A stretch of 64,000 nt of DNA from Auanema rhodensis (taxonomy: Eukaryota; Animalia; Nematoda). The stretch spans positions 434,001 to 498,000 of the forward strand of contig OZ059896.1 of assembly GCA_964057225.1 (NCBI GenBank), read 5' to 3'. This document shows, in pieces, positions 38,001-53,000 of this stretch. The notes under the pieces were generated by a model. That model made no database searches and was not told the origin of the DNA. It saw only the letters and a program-made list of their open reading frames with translations. The translations under genes and the position numbers were made by a program. Positions within the stretch are counted from its first letter, which is position 1, and every line of letters begins with the position of its first letter.

Positions 38001-41000
38001 GAAGCGAGTTACATACCAAGTGCACATCACGTGTACATTTAATTAGCATAAATTAAAGTTCACGTAAATTTCAAAGTCATGGTTACCATGCACCAATATC
38101 AATAAAAATTTGTTTTTAGTCTAATATGGACATGGGGGATCTAATTTTGAAAACCGCATCTCTTTATCTTTCACGTGAAGCGAGTTACATACCAAGTGCA
38201 CATCACGTGTACATTTAATTAGCATAAATTAAAGTTCACGTAAATTTCAAAGTCATGGTTACCATGAACCAATATCAATAAAAATTTGTTTTTAGACTAA
38301 TATGGACATGGGTAATCTAATTTTGAAAACCGCATCTCTTTATCTTTCACGTGAAGCGAGTTACATACCAAGTGCACATCACGTGTACATTTAATTAGCA
38401 TAAATTAAAGTTCACGTAAATTTCAAAGTCATGGTTACCATGCACCAATATCAATAAAAATTTGTCTTTAGACTAATATGGACATGGGGGATCTAATTTT
38501 GAAAACCGCATCTCTTTATCTTTCACGTGAAGCGAGTTACATACCAAGTGCACATCACGTGTACATTTAATTAGCATAAATTAAAGTTCACGTAAATTTC
38601 AAAGTCATGGTTACCATGAACCAATATCAATAAAAATTTGTTTTTAGACTAATATGGACATGGGGAATCTAATTTTGAAAACCGCATCTCTTTATCTTTC
38701 ACGTGAAGCGAGTTACATACCAAGTGCACATCACGTGTACATTTAATTAGCATAAATTAAAGTTCACGTAAATTTCAAAGTCATGGTTACCATGAAGCAA
38801 TATCAATAAAAATTTGTTTTTAGACTAATATGGACATGGGGAATCTAATTTTGAAAACCGCATCTCTTTATCTTTCACGTGAAGCGAGTTACATACCAAG
38901 TGCACATCACGTGTACATTTAATTAGCATAAATTAAAGTTCACGTAAATTTCAAAGTCATGGTTACCATGCACCAATATCAATAAAAATTTGTTTTTAGT
39001 CTAATATGGACATGGGGGATCTAATTTTGAAAACCGCATCTCTTTATCTTTCACGTGAAGCGAGTTACATACCAAGTGCACATCACGTGTACATTTAATT
39101 AGCATAAATTAAAGTTCACGTAAATTTCAAAGTCATGGTTACCATGAACCAATATCAATAAAAATTTGTTTTTAGACTAATATGGACATGGGTAATCTAA
39201 TTTTGAAAACCGCATCTCTTTATCTTTCACGTGAAGCGAGTTACATACCAAGTGCACATCACGTGTACATTTAATTAGCATAAATTAAAGTTCACGTAAA
39301 TTTCAAAGTCATGGTTACCATGCACCAATATCAATAAAAATTTGTCTTTAGACTAATATGGACATGGGGGATCTAATTTTGAAAACCGCATCTCTTTATC
39401 TTTCACGTGAAGCGAGTTACATACCAAGTGCACATCACGTGTACATTTAATTAGCATAAATTAAAGTTCACGTAAATTTCAAAGTCATGGTTACCATGAA
39501 CCAATATCAATAAAAATTTGTTTTTAGACTAATATGGACATGGGGAATCTAATTTTGAAAACCGCATCTCTTTATCTTTCACGTGAAGCGAGTTACATAC
39601 CAAGTGCACATCACGTGTACATTTAATTAGCATAAATTAAAGTTCACGTAAATTTCAAAGTCATGGTTACCATGAAGCAATATCAATAAAAATTTGTTTT
39701 TAGACTAATATGGACATGGGGAATCTAATTTTGAAAACCGCATCTCTTTATCTTTCACGTGAAGCGAGTTACATACCAAGTGCACATCACGTGTACATTT
39801 AATAAGCATAAATTAAAGTTCACGTAAATTTCAAAGTCATGGTTACCATGCACCAATATCAATAAAAATTTGTTTTTAGACTAATATGGACATGGGGAAT
39901 CTAATTTTGGAAACCGCATCTCTTTATCTTTCACGTGAAGCGAGTTACATACCAAGTGCACATCACGTGTACATTTAATTAGCATAAATTAAAGTTCACG
40001 TAAATTTCAAAGTCATGGTTACCATGAACCAATATCAATAAAAATTTGTTTTTAGACTAATATGGACATGGGTAATCTAATTTTGAAAACCGCATCTCTT
40101 TATCTTTCACGTGAAGCGAGTTACATACCAAGTGCACATCACGTGTACATTTATTTAGCATAAATTAAAGTTCACGTAAATTTCAAAGTCATGGTTACCA
40201 TGCACCAATATCAATAAAAATTTGTTTTTAGACTAATATGGACATGGGGGATCTAATTTTGAAAACCGCATCTCTTTATCTTTCACGTGAAGCGAGTTAC
40301 ATACCAAGTGCACATCACGTGTACATTTAATTAGCATAAATTAAAGTTCACGTAAATTTCAAAGTCATGGTTACCATGAACCAATATCAATAAAAATTTG
40401 TTTTTAGACTAATATGGACATGGGTAATCTAATTTTGAAAACCGCATCTCTTTATCTTTCACGTGAAGCGAGTTACATACCAAGTGCACATCACGTGTAC
40501 ATTTAATTAGCATAAATTAAAGTTCACGTAAATTTCAAAGTCATGGTTACCATGCACCAATATCAATAAAAATTTGTTTTTAGACTAATATGGACATGGG
40601 GAATCTAATTTTGAAAACCGCATCTCTTTATCTTTCACGTGAAGCGAGTTACATACCAAGTGCACATCACGTGTACATTTAATTAGCATAAATTAAAGTT
40701 CACGTAAATTTCAAAGTCATGGTTACCATGAACCAATATCAATAAAAATTTGTTTTTAGACTAATATGGACATGGGGAATCTAATTTTGGAAACCGCATC
40801 TCTTTATCTTTCACGTGAAGCGAGTTACATACCAAGTGCACATCACGTGTACATTTAATTAGCATAAATTAAAGTTCACGTAAATTTCAAAGTCATGGTT
40901 ACCATGAACCAATATCAATAAAAATTTGTTTTTAGACTAATATGGACATGGGGAATCTAATTTTGAAAACCGCATCTCTTTATCTTTCACGTGAAGCGAG

Positions 41001-44000
41001 TTACATACCAAGTGCACATCACGTGTACATTTAATTAGCATAAATTAAAGTTCACGTAAATTTCAAAGTCATGGTTACCATGAACCAATATCAATAAAAA
41101 TTTGTTTTTAGACTAATATGGACATGGGGAATCTAATTTTGAAAACCGCATCTCTTTATCTTTCACGTGAAGCGAGTTACATACCAAGAGCACATCACGT
41201 GTACATTTAATTAGCATAAATTAAAGTTCACGTAAATTTCAAAGTCATGGTTACCATGAAGCAATATCAATAAAAATTTGTTTTTAGACTAATATGGACA
41301 TGGGGAATCTAATTTTGAAAACCGCATCTCTTTATCTTTCACGTGAAGCGAGTTACATACCAAGTGCACATCACGTGTACATTTAATTAGCATAAATTAA
41401 AGTTCACGTAAATTTCAAAGTCATGGTTACCATGCACCAAAATCAATAAAAATTTGTTTTTAGTCTAATATGGACATGGGGGATCTAATTTTGAAAACCG
41501 CATCTCTTTATCTTTCACGTGAAGCGAGTTACATACCAAGTGCACATCACGTGTACATTTAATTAGCATAAATTAAAGTTCACGTAAATTTCAAAGTCAT
41601 GGTTACCATGAACCAATATCAATAAAAATTTGTTTTTAGACTAATATGGACATGGGTAATCTAATTTTGAAAACCGCATCTCTTTATCTTTCACGTGAAG
41701 CGAGTTACATACCAAGTGCACATCACGTGTACATTTAATTAGCATAAATTAAAGTTCACGTAAATTTCAAAGTCATGGTTACCATGCACCAATATCAATA
41801 AAAATTTGTTTTTAGACTAATATGGACATGGGGGATCTAATTTTGAAAACCGCATCTCTTTATCTTTCACGTGAAGCGAGTTACATACCAAGTGCACATC
41901 ACGTGTACATTTAATTAGCATAAATTAAAGTTCACGTAAATTTCAAAGTCATGGTTACCATGAACCAATATCAATAAAAATTTGTTTTTAGACTAATATG
42001 GACATGGGGAATCTAATTTTGAAAACCGCATCTCTTTATCTTTCACGTGAAGCGAGTTACATACCAAGTGCACATCACGTGTACATTTAATTAGCATAAA
42101 TTAAAGTTCACGTAAATTTCAAAGTCATGCTTACCATGAAGCAATATCAATAAAAATTTGTTTTTAGACTAATATGGACATGGGGAATCTAATTTTGAAA
42201 ACCGCATCTCTTTATCGTTCACGTGAAGCGAGTTACATACCAAGTGCACATCACGTGTACATTTAATTAGCATAAATTAAAGTTCACGTAAATTTCAAAG
42301 TCATGCTTACCATGAAGCAATATCAATAAAAATTTGTTTTTAGACTAATATGGACATGGGGAATCTAATTTTGTAAACCGCATCTCTTTATCTTTCACGT
42401 GAAGCGAGTTACATACCAAGTGCACATCACGTGTACATTTAATTAGCATAAATTAAAGTTCACGTAAATTTCAAAGTCATGCTTACCATGAAGCAATATC
42501 AATAAAAATTTGTTTTTAGACTAATATGGACATGGGGAATCTAATTTTGAAAACCGCATCTCTTTATCTTTCACGTGAAGCGAGTTACATACCAAGTGCA
42601 CATCACGTGTACATTTAATTAGCATAAATTAAAGTTCACGTAAATTTCAAAGTCATGGTTACCATGAACCAATATCAATAAAAATTTGTTTTTAGACTAA
42701 TATGGACATGGGTAATCTAATTTTGAAAACCGCATCTCTTTATCTTTCACGTGAAGCGAGTTACATACCAAGTGCACATCACGTGTACATTTATTTAGCA
42801 TAAATTAAAGTTCACGTAAATTTCAAAGTCATGGTTACCATGCACCAATATCAATAAAAATTTGTTTTTAGACTAATATGGACATGAGGAATCTAATTTT
42901 GAAAACCGCATCTCTTTATCTTTCACGTGAAGCGAGTTACATACCAAGTGCACATCACGTGTACATTTAATTAGCATAAATTAAAGTTCACGTAAATTTC
43001 AAAGTCATGGTTACCATGCACCAATATCAATAAAAATTTGTTTTTAGACTAATATGGACATGAGGAATCTAATTTTGAAAACCGCATCTCTTTATCTTTC
43101 ACGTGAAGCGAGTTACATACCAAGTGCACATCACGTGTACATTTAATTAGCATAAATTAAAGTTCACGTAAATTTCAAAGTCATGGTTACCATGCACCAA
43201 TATCAATAAAAATTAGTTTTTAGACTAATATGGACATGGGGGATCTAATTTTGAAAACCGCATCTCTTTATCTTTCACGTGAAGCGAGTTACATACCAAG
43301 TGCACATCACGTGTACATTTAATTAGCATAAATTAAAGTTCACGTAAATTTCAAAGTCATGGTTACCATGAACCAATATCAATAAAAATTTGTTTTTAGA
43401 CTAATATGGACATGGGTAATCTAATTATGAAAACCGCATCTCTTTAACTTTCACGTGAAGCGAGTTACATACCAAGTGCACATCACGTGTACATTTAATT
43501 AGCATAAATTAAAGTTCACGTAAATTTCAAAGTCATGGTTACCATGCACCAATATCAATAAAAATTTGTTTTTAGACTAATATGGACATGGGGAATCTAA
43601 TTTTGAAAACCGCATCTCTTTATCTTTCACGTGAAGCGAGTTACATACCAAGTGCACATCACGTGTACATTTAATTAGCATAAATTAAAGTTCACGTAAA
43701 TTTCAAAGTCGTGGTTACCATGCACCAATATCAATAAAAATTTGTTTTTAGACTAATATGGACATGGGGAATCTAATTTTGAAAACCGCATCTCTTTATC
43801 TTTCACGTGAAGCGAGTTACATACCAAGTGCACATCACGTGTACATTTAATTAGCATAAATTAAAGTTCACGTAAATTTCAAAGTCATGGTTACCATGAA
43901 CCAATATCAATAAAAATTTGTTTTTAGACTAATATGGACATGGGGAATCTAATTTTGAAAACCGCATCTCTTTATCTTTCACGTGAAGCGAGTTACATAC

Positions 44001-47000
44001 CAAGTGCACATCACGTGTACATTTAATTAGCATAAATTAAAGTTCACGTAAATTTCAAAGTCATGGTTACCATGCACCAATATCAATAAAAATTTGTTTT
44101 TAGTCTAATATGGACATGGGGGATCTAATTTTGAAAACCGCATCTCTTTATCTTTCACGTGAAGCGAGTTACATACCAAGTGCACATCACGTGTACATTT
44201 AATTAGCATAAATTAAAGTTCACGTAAATTTCAAAGTCATGGTTACCATGAACCAATATCAATAAAAATTTGTTTTTAGACTAATATGGACATGGGTAAT
44301 CTAATTTTGAAAACCGCATCTCTTTATCTTTCACGTGAAGCGAGTTACATACCAAGTGCACATCACGTGTACATTTAATTAGCATAAATTAAAGTTCACG
44401 TAAATTTCAAAGTCATGGTTACCATGCACCAATATCAATAAAAATTTGTTTTTAGACTAATATGGACATGGGGGATCTAATTTTGAAAACCGCATCTCTT
44501 TATCTTTCACGTGAAGCGAGTTACATACCAAGTGCACATCACGTGTACATTTAATTAGCATAAATTAAAGTTCACGTAAATTTCAAAGTCATGGTTACCA
44601 TGAACCAATATCAATAAAAATTTGTTTTTAGACTAATATGGACATGGGGAATCTAATTTTGAAAACCGCATCTCTTTATCTTTCACGTGAAGCGAGTTAC
44701 ATACCAAGTGCACATCACGTGTACATTTAATTAGCATAAATTAAAGTTCACGTAAATTTCAAAGTCATGCTTACCATGAAGCAATATCAATAAAAATTTG
44801 TTTTTAGACTAATATGGACATGGGGAATCTAATTTTGAAAACCGCATCTCTTTATCTTTCACGTGAAGCGAGTTACATACCAAGTGCACATCACGTGTAC
44901 ATTTAATAAGCATAAATTAAAGTTCACGTAAATTTCAAAGTCATGGTTACCATGCACCAATATCAATAAAAATTTGTTTTTAGTCTAATATGGACATGGG
45001 GGATCTAATTTTGAAAACCGCATCTCTTTATCTTTCACGTGAAGCGAGTTACATACCAAGTGCACATCACGTGTACATTTAATTAGCATAAATTAAAGTT
45101 CACGTAAATTTCAAAGTCATGGTTACCATGAACCAATATCAATAAAAATTTGTTTTTAGACTAATATGGACATGGGGAATCTAATTTTGAAAACCGCATC
45201 TCTTTATCTTTCACGTGAAGCGAGTTACATACCAAGTGCACATCACGTGTACATTTAATTAGCATAAATTAAAGTTCACGTAAATTTCAAAGTCATGGTT
45301 ACCATGAAGCAATATCAATAAAAATTTGTTTTTAGACTAATATGGACATGGGGAATCTAATTTTGAAAACCGCATCTCTTTATCTTTCACGTGAAGCGAG
45401 TTACATACCAAGTGCACATCACGTGTACATTTAATTAGCATAAATTAAAGTTCACGTAAATTTCAAAGTCATGGTTACCATGCACCAATATCAATAAAAA
45501 TTTGTTTTTAGTCTAATATGGACATGGGGGATCTAATTTTGAAAACCGCATCTCTTTATCTTTCACGTGAAGCGAGTTACATACCAAGTGCACATCACGT
45601 GTACATTTAATTAGCATAAATTAAAGTTCACGTAAATTTCAAAGTCATGGTTACCATGAACCAATATCAATAAAAATTTGTTTTTAGACTAATATGGACA
45701 TGGGTAATCTAATTTTGAAAACCGCATCTCTTTATCTTTCACGTGAAGCGAGTTACATACCAAGTGCACATCACGTGTACATTTAATTAGCATAAATTAA
45801 AGTTCACGTAAATTTCAAAGTCATGGTTACCATGCACCAATATCAATAAAAATTTGTTTTTAGACTAATATGGACATGGGGGATCTAATTTTGAAAACCG
45901 CATCTCTTTATCTTTCACGTGAAGCGAGTTACATACCAAGTGCACATCACGTGTACATTTAATTAGCATAAATTAAAGTTCACGTAAATTTCAAAGTCAT
46001 GGTTACCATGAACCAATATCAATAAAAATTTGTTTTTAGACTAATATGGACATGGGGAATCTAATTTTGAAAACCGCATCTCTTTATCTTTCACGTGAAG
46101 CGAGTTACATACCAAGTGCACATCACGTGTACATTTAATTAGCATAAATTAAAGTTCACGTAAATTTCAAAGTCATGCTTACCATGAAGCAATATCAATA
46201 AAAATTTGTTTTTAGACTAATATGGACATGGGGAATCTAATTTTGAAAACCGCATCTCTTTATCTTTCACGTGAAGCGAGTTACATACCAAGTGCACATC
46301 ACGTGTACATTTAATAAGCATAAATTAAAGTTCACGTAAATTTCAAAGTCATGGTTACCATGCACCAATATCAATAAAAATTTGTTTTTAGTCTAATATG
46401 GACATGGGGGATCTAATTTTGAAAACCGCATCTCTTTATCTTTCACGTGAAGCGAGTTACATACCAAGTGCACATCACGTGTACATTTAATTAGCATAAA
46501 TTAAAGTTCACGTAAATTTCAAAGTCATGGTTACCATGAACCAATATCAATAAAAATTTGTTTTTAGACTAATATGGACATGGGTAATCTAATTTTGAAA
46601 ACCGCATCTCTTTATCTTTCACGTGAAGCGAGTTACATACCAAGTGCACATCACGTGTACATTTATTTAGCATAAATTAAAGTTCACGTAAATTTCAAAG
46701 TCATGGTTACCATGCACCAATATCAATAAAAATTTGTTTTTAGACTAATATGGACATGAGGAATCTAATTTTGAAAACCGCATCTCTTTATCTTTCACGT
46801 GAAGCGAGTTACATACCAAGTGCACATCACGTGTACATTTAATTAGCATAAATTAAAGTTCACGTAAATTTCAAAGTCATGGTTACCATGCACCAATATC
46901 AATAAAAATTTGTTTTTAGACTAATATGGACATGAGGAATCTAATTTTGAAAACCGCATCTCTTTATCTTTCACGTGAAGCGAGTTACATACCAAGTGCA

Positions 47001-50000
47001 CATCACGTGTACATTTAATTAGCATAAATTAAAGTTCACGTAAATTTCAAAGTCATGGTTACCATGCACCAATATCAATAAAAATTAGTTTTTAGACTAA
47101 TATGGACATGGGGGATCTAATTTTGAAAACCGCATCTCTTTATCTTTCACGTGAAGCGAGTTACATACCAAGTGCACATCACGTGTTCATTTAATTAGCA
47201 TAAATTAAAGTTCACGTAAATTTCAAAGTCATGGTTACCATGAACCAATATCAATAAAAATTTGTTTTTAGACTAATATGGACATGGGTAATCTAATTAT
47301 GAAAACCGCATCTCTTTAACTTTCACGTGAAGCGAGTTACATACCAAGTGCACATCACGTGTACATTTAATTAGCATAAATTAAAGTTCACGTAAATTTC
47401 AAAGTCATGGTTACCATGCACCAATATCAATAAAAATTTGTTTTTAGACTAATATGGACATGGGGAATCTAATTTTGAAAACCGCATCTCTTTATCTTTC
47501 ACGTGAAGCGAGTTACATACCAAGTGCACATCACGTGTACATTTAATTAGCATAAATTAAAGTTCACGTAAATTTCAAAGTCGTGGTTACCATGCACCAA
47601 TATCAATAAAAATTTGTTTTTAGACTAATATGGACATGGGGAATCTAATTTTGAAAACCGCATCTCTTTATCTTTCACGTGAAGCGAGTTACATACCAAG
47701 TGCACATCACGTGTACATTTAATTAGCATAAATTAAAGTTCACGTAAATTTCAAAGTCGTGGTTACCATGCACCAATATCAATAAAAATTTGTTTTTAGA
47801 CTAATATGGACATGGGGAATCTAATTTTGAAAACCGTATCTCTTTATCTTTCACGTGAAGCTAGTTACATACCAAGTGCACATCACGTGTACATTTAATT
47901 AGCATAAATTAAAGTTCACGTAAATTTCAAAGTCATGGTTACCATGCACCAATATCAATAAAAATTTGTTTTTAGACTAATATGGACATGGGGAATCTAA
48001 TTTTGAAAACCGCATCTCTTTATCTTTCACGTGAAGCGAGTTACATACCAAGTGCACATCACGTGTACATTTAATTAGCATAAATTAAAGTTCACGTAAA
48101 ATTCAAAGTCATGGTTACCATGCACCAATATCAATAAAAATTTGTTTTTAGACTAATATGGACATGGGGAATCTAATTTTGAAAACCGCATCTCTTTATC
48201 TTTCACGTGAAGCGAGTTACATACCAAGTGCACATCACGTGTACATTTAATTAGCATAAATTAAAGTTCACGTAAATTTCAAAGTCATGGTTACCATGCA
48301 CCAATATCAATAAAAATTTGTTTTTAGACTAATATGGACATGGGGAATCTAATTGTGAAAACCGCATCTCTTTATCTTTCACGTGAAGCGAGTTACATAC
48401 CAAGTGCACATCACGTGTACATTTAATTAGCATAAATTAAAGTTCACGTAAATTTCAAAGTCGTGGTTACCATGCACCAATATCAATAAAAATTTGTTTT
48501 TAGACTAATATGGACATGGGGAATCTAATTTTGGAAACCGCATCTCTTTATCTTTCACGTGAAGCGAGTTACATACCAAGTGCACATCACGTGTACATTT
48601 AATTAGCATAAATTAAAGTTCACGTAAATTTCAAAGTCATGGTTACCATGCACCAATATCAATAAAAATTTGTTTTTAGACTAATATGGACATGGGGAAT
48701 CTAATTTTGAAAACCGTATCTCTTTATCTTTCACGTGAAGCGAGTTACATACCAAGTGCACATCACGTGTACATTTAATTAGCATAAATTAAAGTTCACG
48801 TAAATTTCAAAGTCATGGTTACCATGAACCAATATCAATAAAAATTTGTTTTTAGACTAATATGGACATGGGGAATCTAATTTTGAAAACCGCATCTCTT
48901 TATCTTTCACGTGAAGCGAGTTACATACCAAGTGCACATCACGTGTACATTTAATTAGCATAAATTAAAGTTCACGTAAATTTCAAAGTCATGGTTACCA
49001 TGAACCAATATCAATAATAAATTTGTTTTTAGACTAATATGGACATGGGGAATCTAATTTTGAAAACCGCATCTCTTTATCTTTCACGTGAAGCGAGTTA
49101 CATACCAAGTGCACATCACGTGTACATTTAATTAGCATAAATTAAAGTTCACGTAAATTTCAAAGTCATGGTTACCATGCACCAATATCAATAAAAATTT
49201 GTTTTTAGACTAATATGGACATGAGGAATCTAATTTTGAAAACCGCATCTCTTTATCTTTCACGTGAAGCGAGTTACATACCAAGTGCACATCACGTGTA
49301 CATTTAATTAGCATAAATTAAAGTTCACGTAAATTTCAAAGTCATGGTTACCATGCACCAATATCAATAAAAATTAGTTTTTAGACTAATATGGACATGG
49401 GGGATCTAATTTTGAAAACCGCATCTCTTTATCTTTCACGTGAAGCGAGTTACATAACAAGTGCACATCACGTGTACATTTAATTAGCATAAATTAAAGT
49501 TCACGTAAATTTCAAAGTCATGGTTACCATGAACCAATATCAATAAAAATTTGTTTTTAGACTAATATGGACATGGGTAATCTAATTATGAAAACCGCAT
49601 CTCTTTAACTTTCACGTGAAGCGAGTTACATACCAAGTGCACATCACGTGTACATTCAATTAGCATAAATTAAAGTTCACGTAAATTTCAAAGTCATGGT
49701 TACCATGCACCAATATCAATAAAAATTTGTTTTTAGACTAATATGGACATGGGGAATCTAATTTTGAAAACCGCATCTCTTTATCTTTCACGTGAAGCGA
49801 GTTACATACCAAGTGCACATCACGTGTACATTTAATTAGCATAAATTAAAGTTCACGTAAATTTCAAAGTCGTGGTTACCATGCACCAATATCAATAAAA
49901 ATTTGTTTTTAGACTAATATGGACATGGGGAATCTAATTTTGAAAACCGCATCTCTTTATCTTTCACGTGAAGCGAGTTACATACCAAGTGCACATCACG

Positions 50001-53000
50001 TGTACATTTAATTAGCATAAATTAAAGTTCACGTAAATTTCAAAGTCGTGGTTACCATGCACCAATATCAATAAAAATTTGTTTTTAGACTAATATGGAC
50101 ATGGGGAATCTAATTTTGAAAACCGTATCTCTTTATCTTTCACGTGAAGCTAGTTACATACCAAGTGCACATCACGTGTACATTTAATTAGCATAAATTA
50201 AAGTTCACGTAAATTTCAAAGTCATGGTTACCATGCACCAATATCAATAAAAATTTGTTTTTAGACTAATATGGACATGGGGAATCTAATTTTGAAAACC
50301 GCATCTCTTTATCTTTCACGTGAAGCGAGTTACATACCAAGTGCACATCACGTGTACATTTAATTAGCATAAATTAAAGTTCACGTAAAATTCAAAGTCA
50401 TGGTTACCATGCACCAATATCAATAAAAATTTGTTTTTAGACTAATATGGACATGGGTAATCTAATTTTGAAAACCGCATCTCTTTATCTTTCACGTGAA
50501 GCGAGTTACATACCAAGTGCACATCACGTGTACATTTAATTAGCATAAATTAAAGTTCACGTAAAATTCAAAGTCATGGTTACCATGCACCAATATCAAT
50601 AAAAATTTGTTTTTAGACTAATATGGACATGGGGAATCTAATTTTGAAAACCGCATCTCTTTATCTTTCACGTGAAGCGAGTTACATACCAAGTGCACAT
50701 CACGTGTACATTTAATTAGCATAAATTAAAGTTCACGTAAATTTCAAAGTCATGGTTACCATGCACCAATATCAATAAAAATTTGTTTTTAGACTAATAT
50801 GGACATGGGGAATCTAATTGTGAAAACCGCATCTCTTTATCTTTCACGTGAAGCGAGTTACATACCAAGTGCACATCACGTGTACATTTAATTAGCATAA
50901 ATTAAAGTTCACGTAAATTTCAAAGTCGTGGTTACCATGCACCAATATCAATAAAAATTTGTTTTTAGACTAATATGGACATGGGGAATCTAATTTTGAA
51001 AACCGCATCTCTTTATCTTTCACGTGAAGCGAGTTACATACCAAGTGCACATCACGTGTACATTTAATTAGCATAAATTAAAGTTCACGTAAATTTCAAA
51101 GTCATGGTTACCATGCACCAATATCAATAAAAATTAGTTTTTAGACTAATATGGACATGGGGGATCTAATTTTGAAAACCGCATCTCTTTATCTTTCACG
51201 TGAAGCGAGTTACATAACAAGTGCACATCACGTGTACATTTAATTAGCATAAATTAAAGTTCACGTAAATTTCAAAGTCATGGTTACCATGAACCAATAT
51301 CAATAAAAATTTGTTTTTAGACTAATATGGACATGGGTAATCTAATTATGAAAACCGCATCTCTTTAACTTTCACGTGAAGCGAGTTACATACCAAGTGC
51401 ACATCACGTGTACATTCAATTAGCATAAATTAAAGTTCACGTAAATTTCAAAGTCATGGTTACCATGCACCAATATCAATAAAAATTTGTTTTTAGACTA
51501 ATATGGACATGGGGAATCTAATTTTGAAAACCGCATCTCTTTATCTTTCACGTGAAGCGAGTTACATACCAAGTGCACATCACGTGTACATTTAATTAGC
51601 ATAAATTAAAGTTCACGTAAATTTCAAAGTCGTGGTTACCATGCACCAATATCAATAAAAATTTGTTTTTAGACTAATATGGACATGGGGAATCTAATTT
51701 TGAAAACCGCATCTCTTTATCTTTCACGTGAAGCGAGTTACATACCAAGTGCACATCACGTGTACATTTAATTAGCATAAATTAAAGTTCACGTAAATTT
51801 CAAAGTCGTGGTTACCATGCACCAATATCAATAAAAATTTGTTTTTAGACTAATATGGACATGGGGAATCTAATTTTGAAAACCGTATCTCTTTATCTTT
51901 CACGTGAAGCTAGTTACATACCAAGTGCACATCACGTGTACATTTAATTAGCATAAATTAAAGTTCACGTAAATTTCAAAGTCATGGTTACCATGCACCA
52001 ATATCAATAAAAATTTGTTTTTAGACTAATATGGACATGGGGAATCTAATTTTGAAAACCGCATCTCTTTATCTTTCACGTGAAGCGAGTTACATACCAA
52101 GTGCACATCACGTGTACATTTAATTAGCATAAATTAAAGTTCACGTAAAATTCAAAGTCATGGTTACCATGCACCAATATCAATAAAAATTTGTTTTTAG
52201 ACTAATATGGACATGGGTAATCTAATTTTGAAAACCGCATCTCTTTATCTTTCACGTGAAGCGAGTTACATACCAAGTGCACATCACGTGTACATTTAAT
52301 TAGCATAAATTAAAGTTCACGTAAAATTCAAAGTCATGGTTACCATGCACCAATATCAATAAAAATTTGTTTTTAGACTAATATGGACATGGGGAATCTA
52401 ATTTTGAAAACCGCATCTCTTTATCTTTCACGTGAAGCGAGTTACATACCAAGTGCACATCACGTGTACATTTAATTAGCATAAATTAAAGTTCACGTAA
52501 ATTTCAAAGTCATGGTTACCATGCACCAATATCAATAAAAATTTGTTTTTAGACTAATATGGACATGGGGAATCTAATTGTGAAAACCGCATCTCTTTAT
52601 CTTTCACGTGAAGCGAGTTACATACCAAGTGCACATCACGTGTACATTTAATTAGCATAAATTAAAGTTCACGTAAATTTCAAAGTCGTGGTTACCATGC
52701 ACCAATATCAATAAAAATTTGTTTTTAGACTAATATGGACATGGGGAATCTAATTTTGGAAACCGCATCTCTTTATCTTTCACGTGAAGCGAGTTACATA
52801 CCAAGTGCACATCACGTGTACATTTAATTAGCATAAATTAAAGTTCACGTAAATTTCAAAGTCATGGTTACCATGCACCAATATCAATAAAAATTTGTTT
52901 TTAGACTAATATGGACATGGGGAATCTAATTTTGAAAACCGTATCTCTTTATCTTTCACGTGAAGCGAGTTACATACCAAGTGCACATCACGTGTACATT

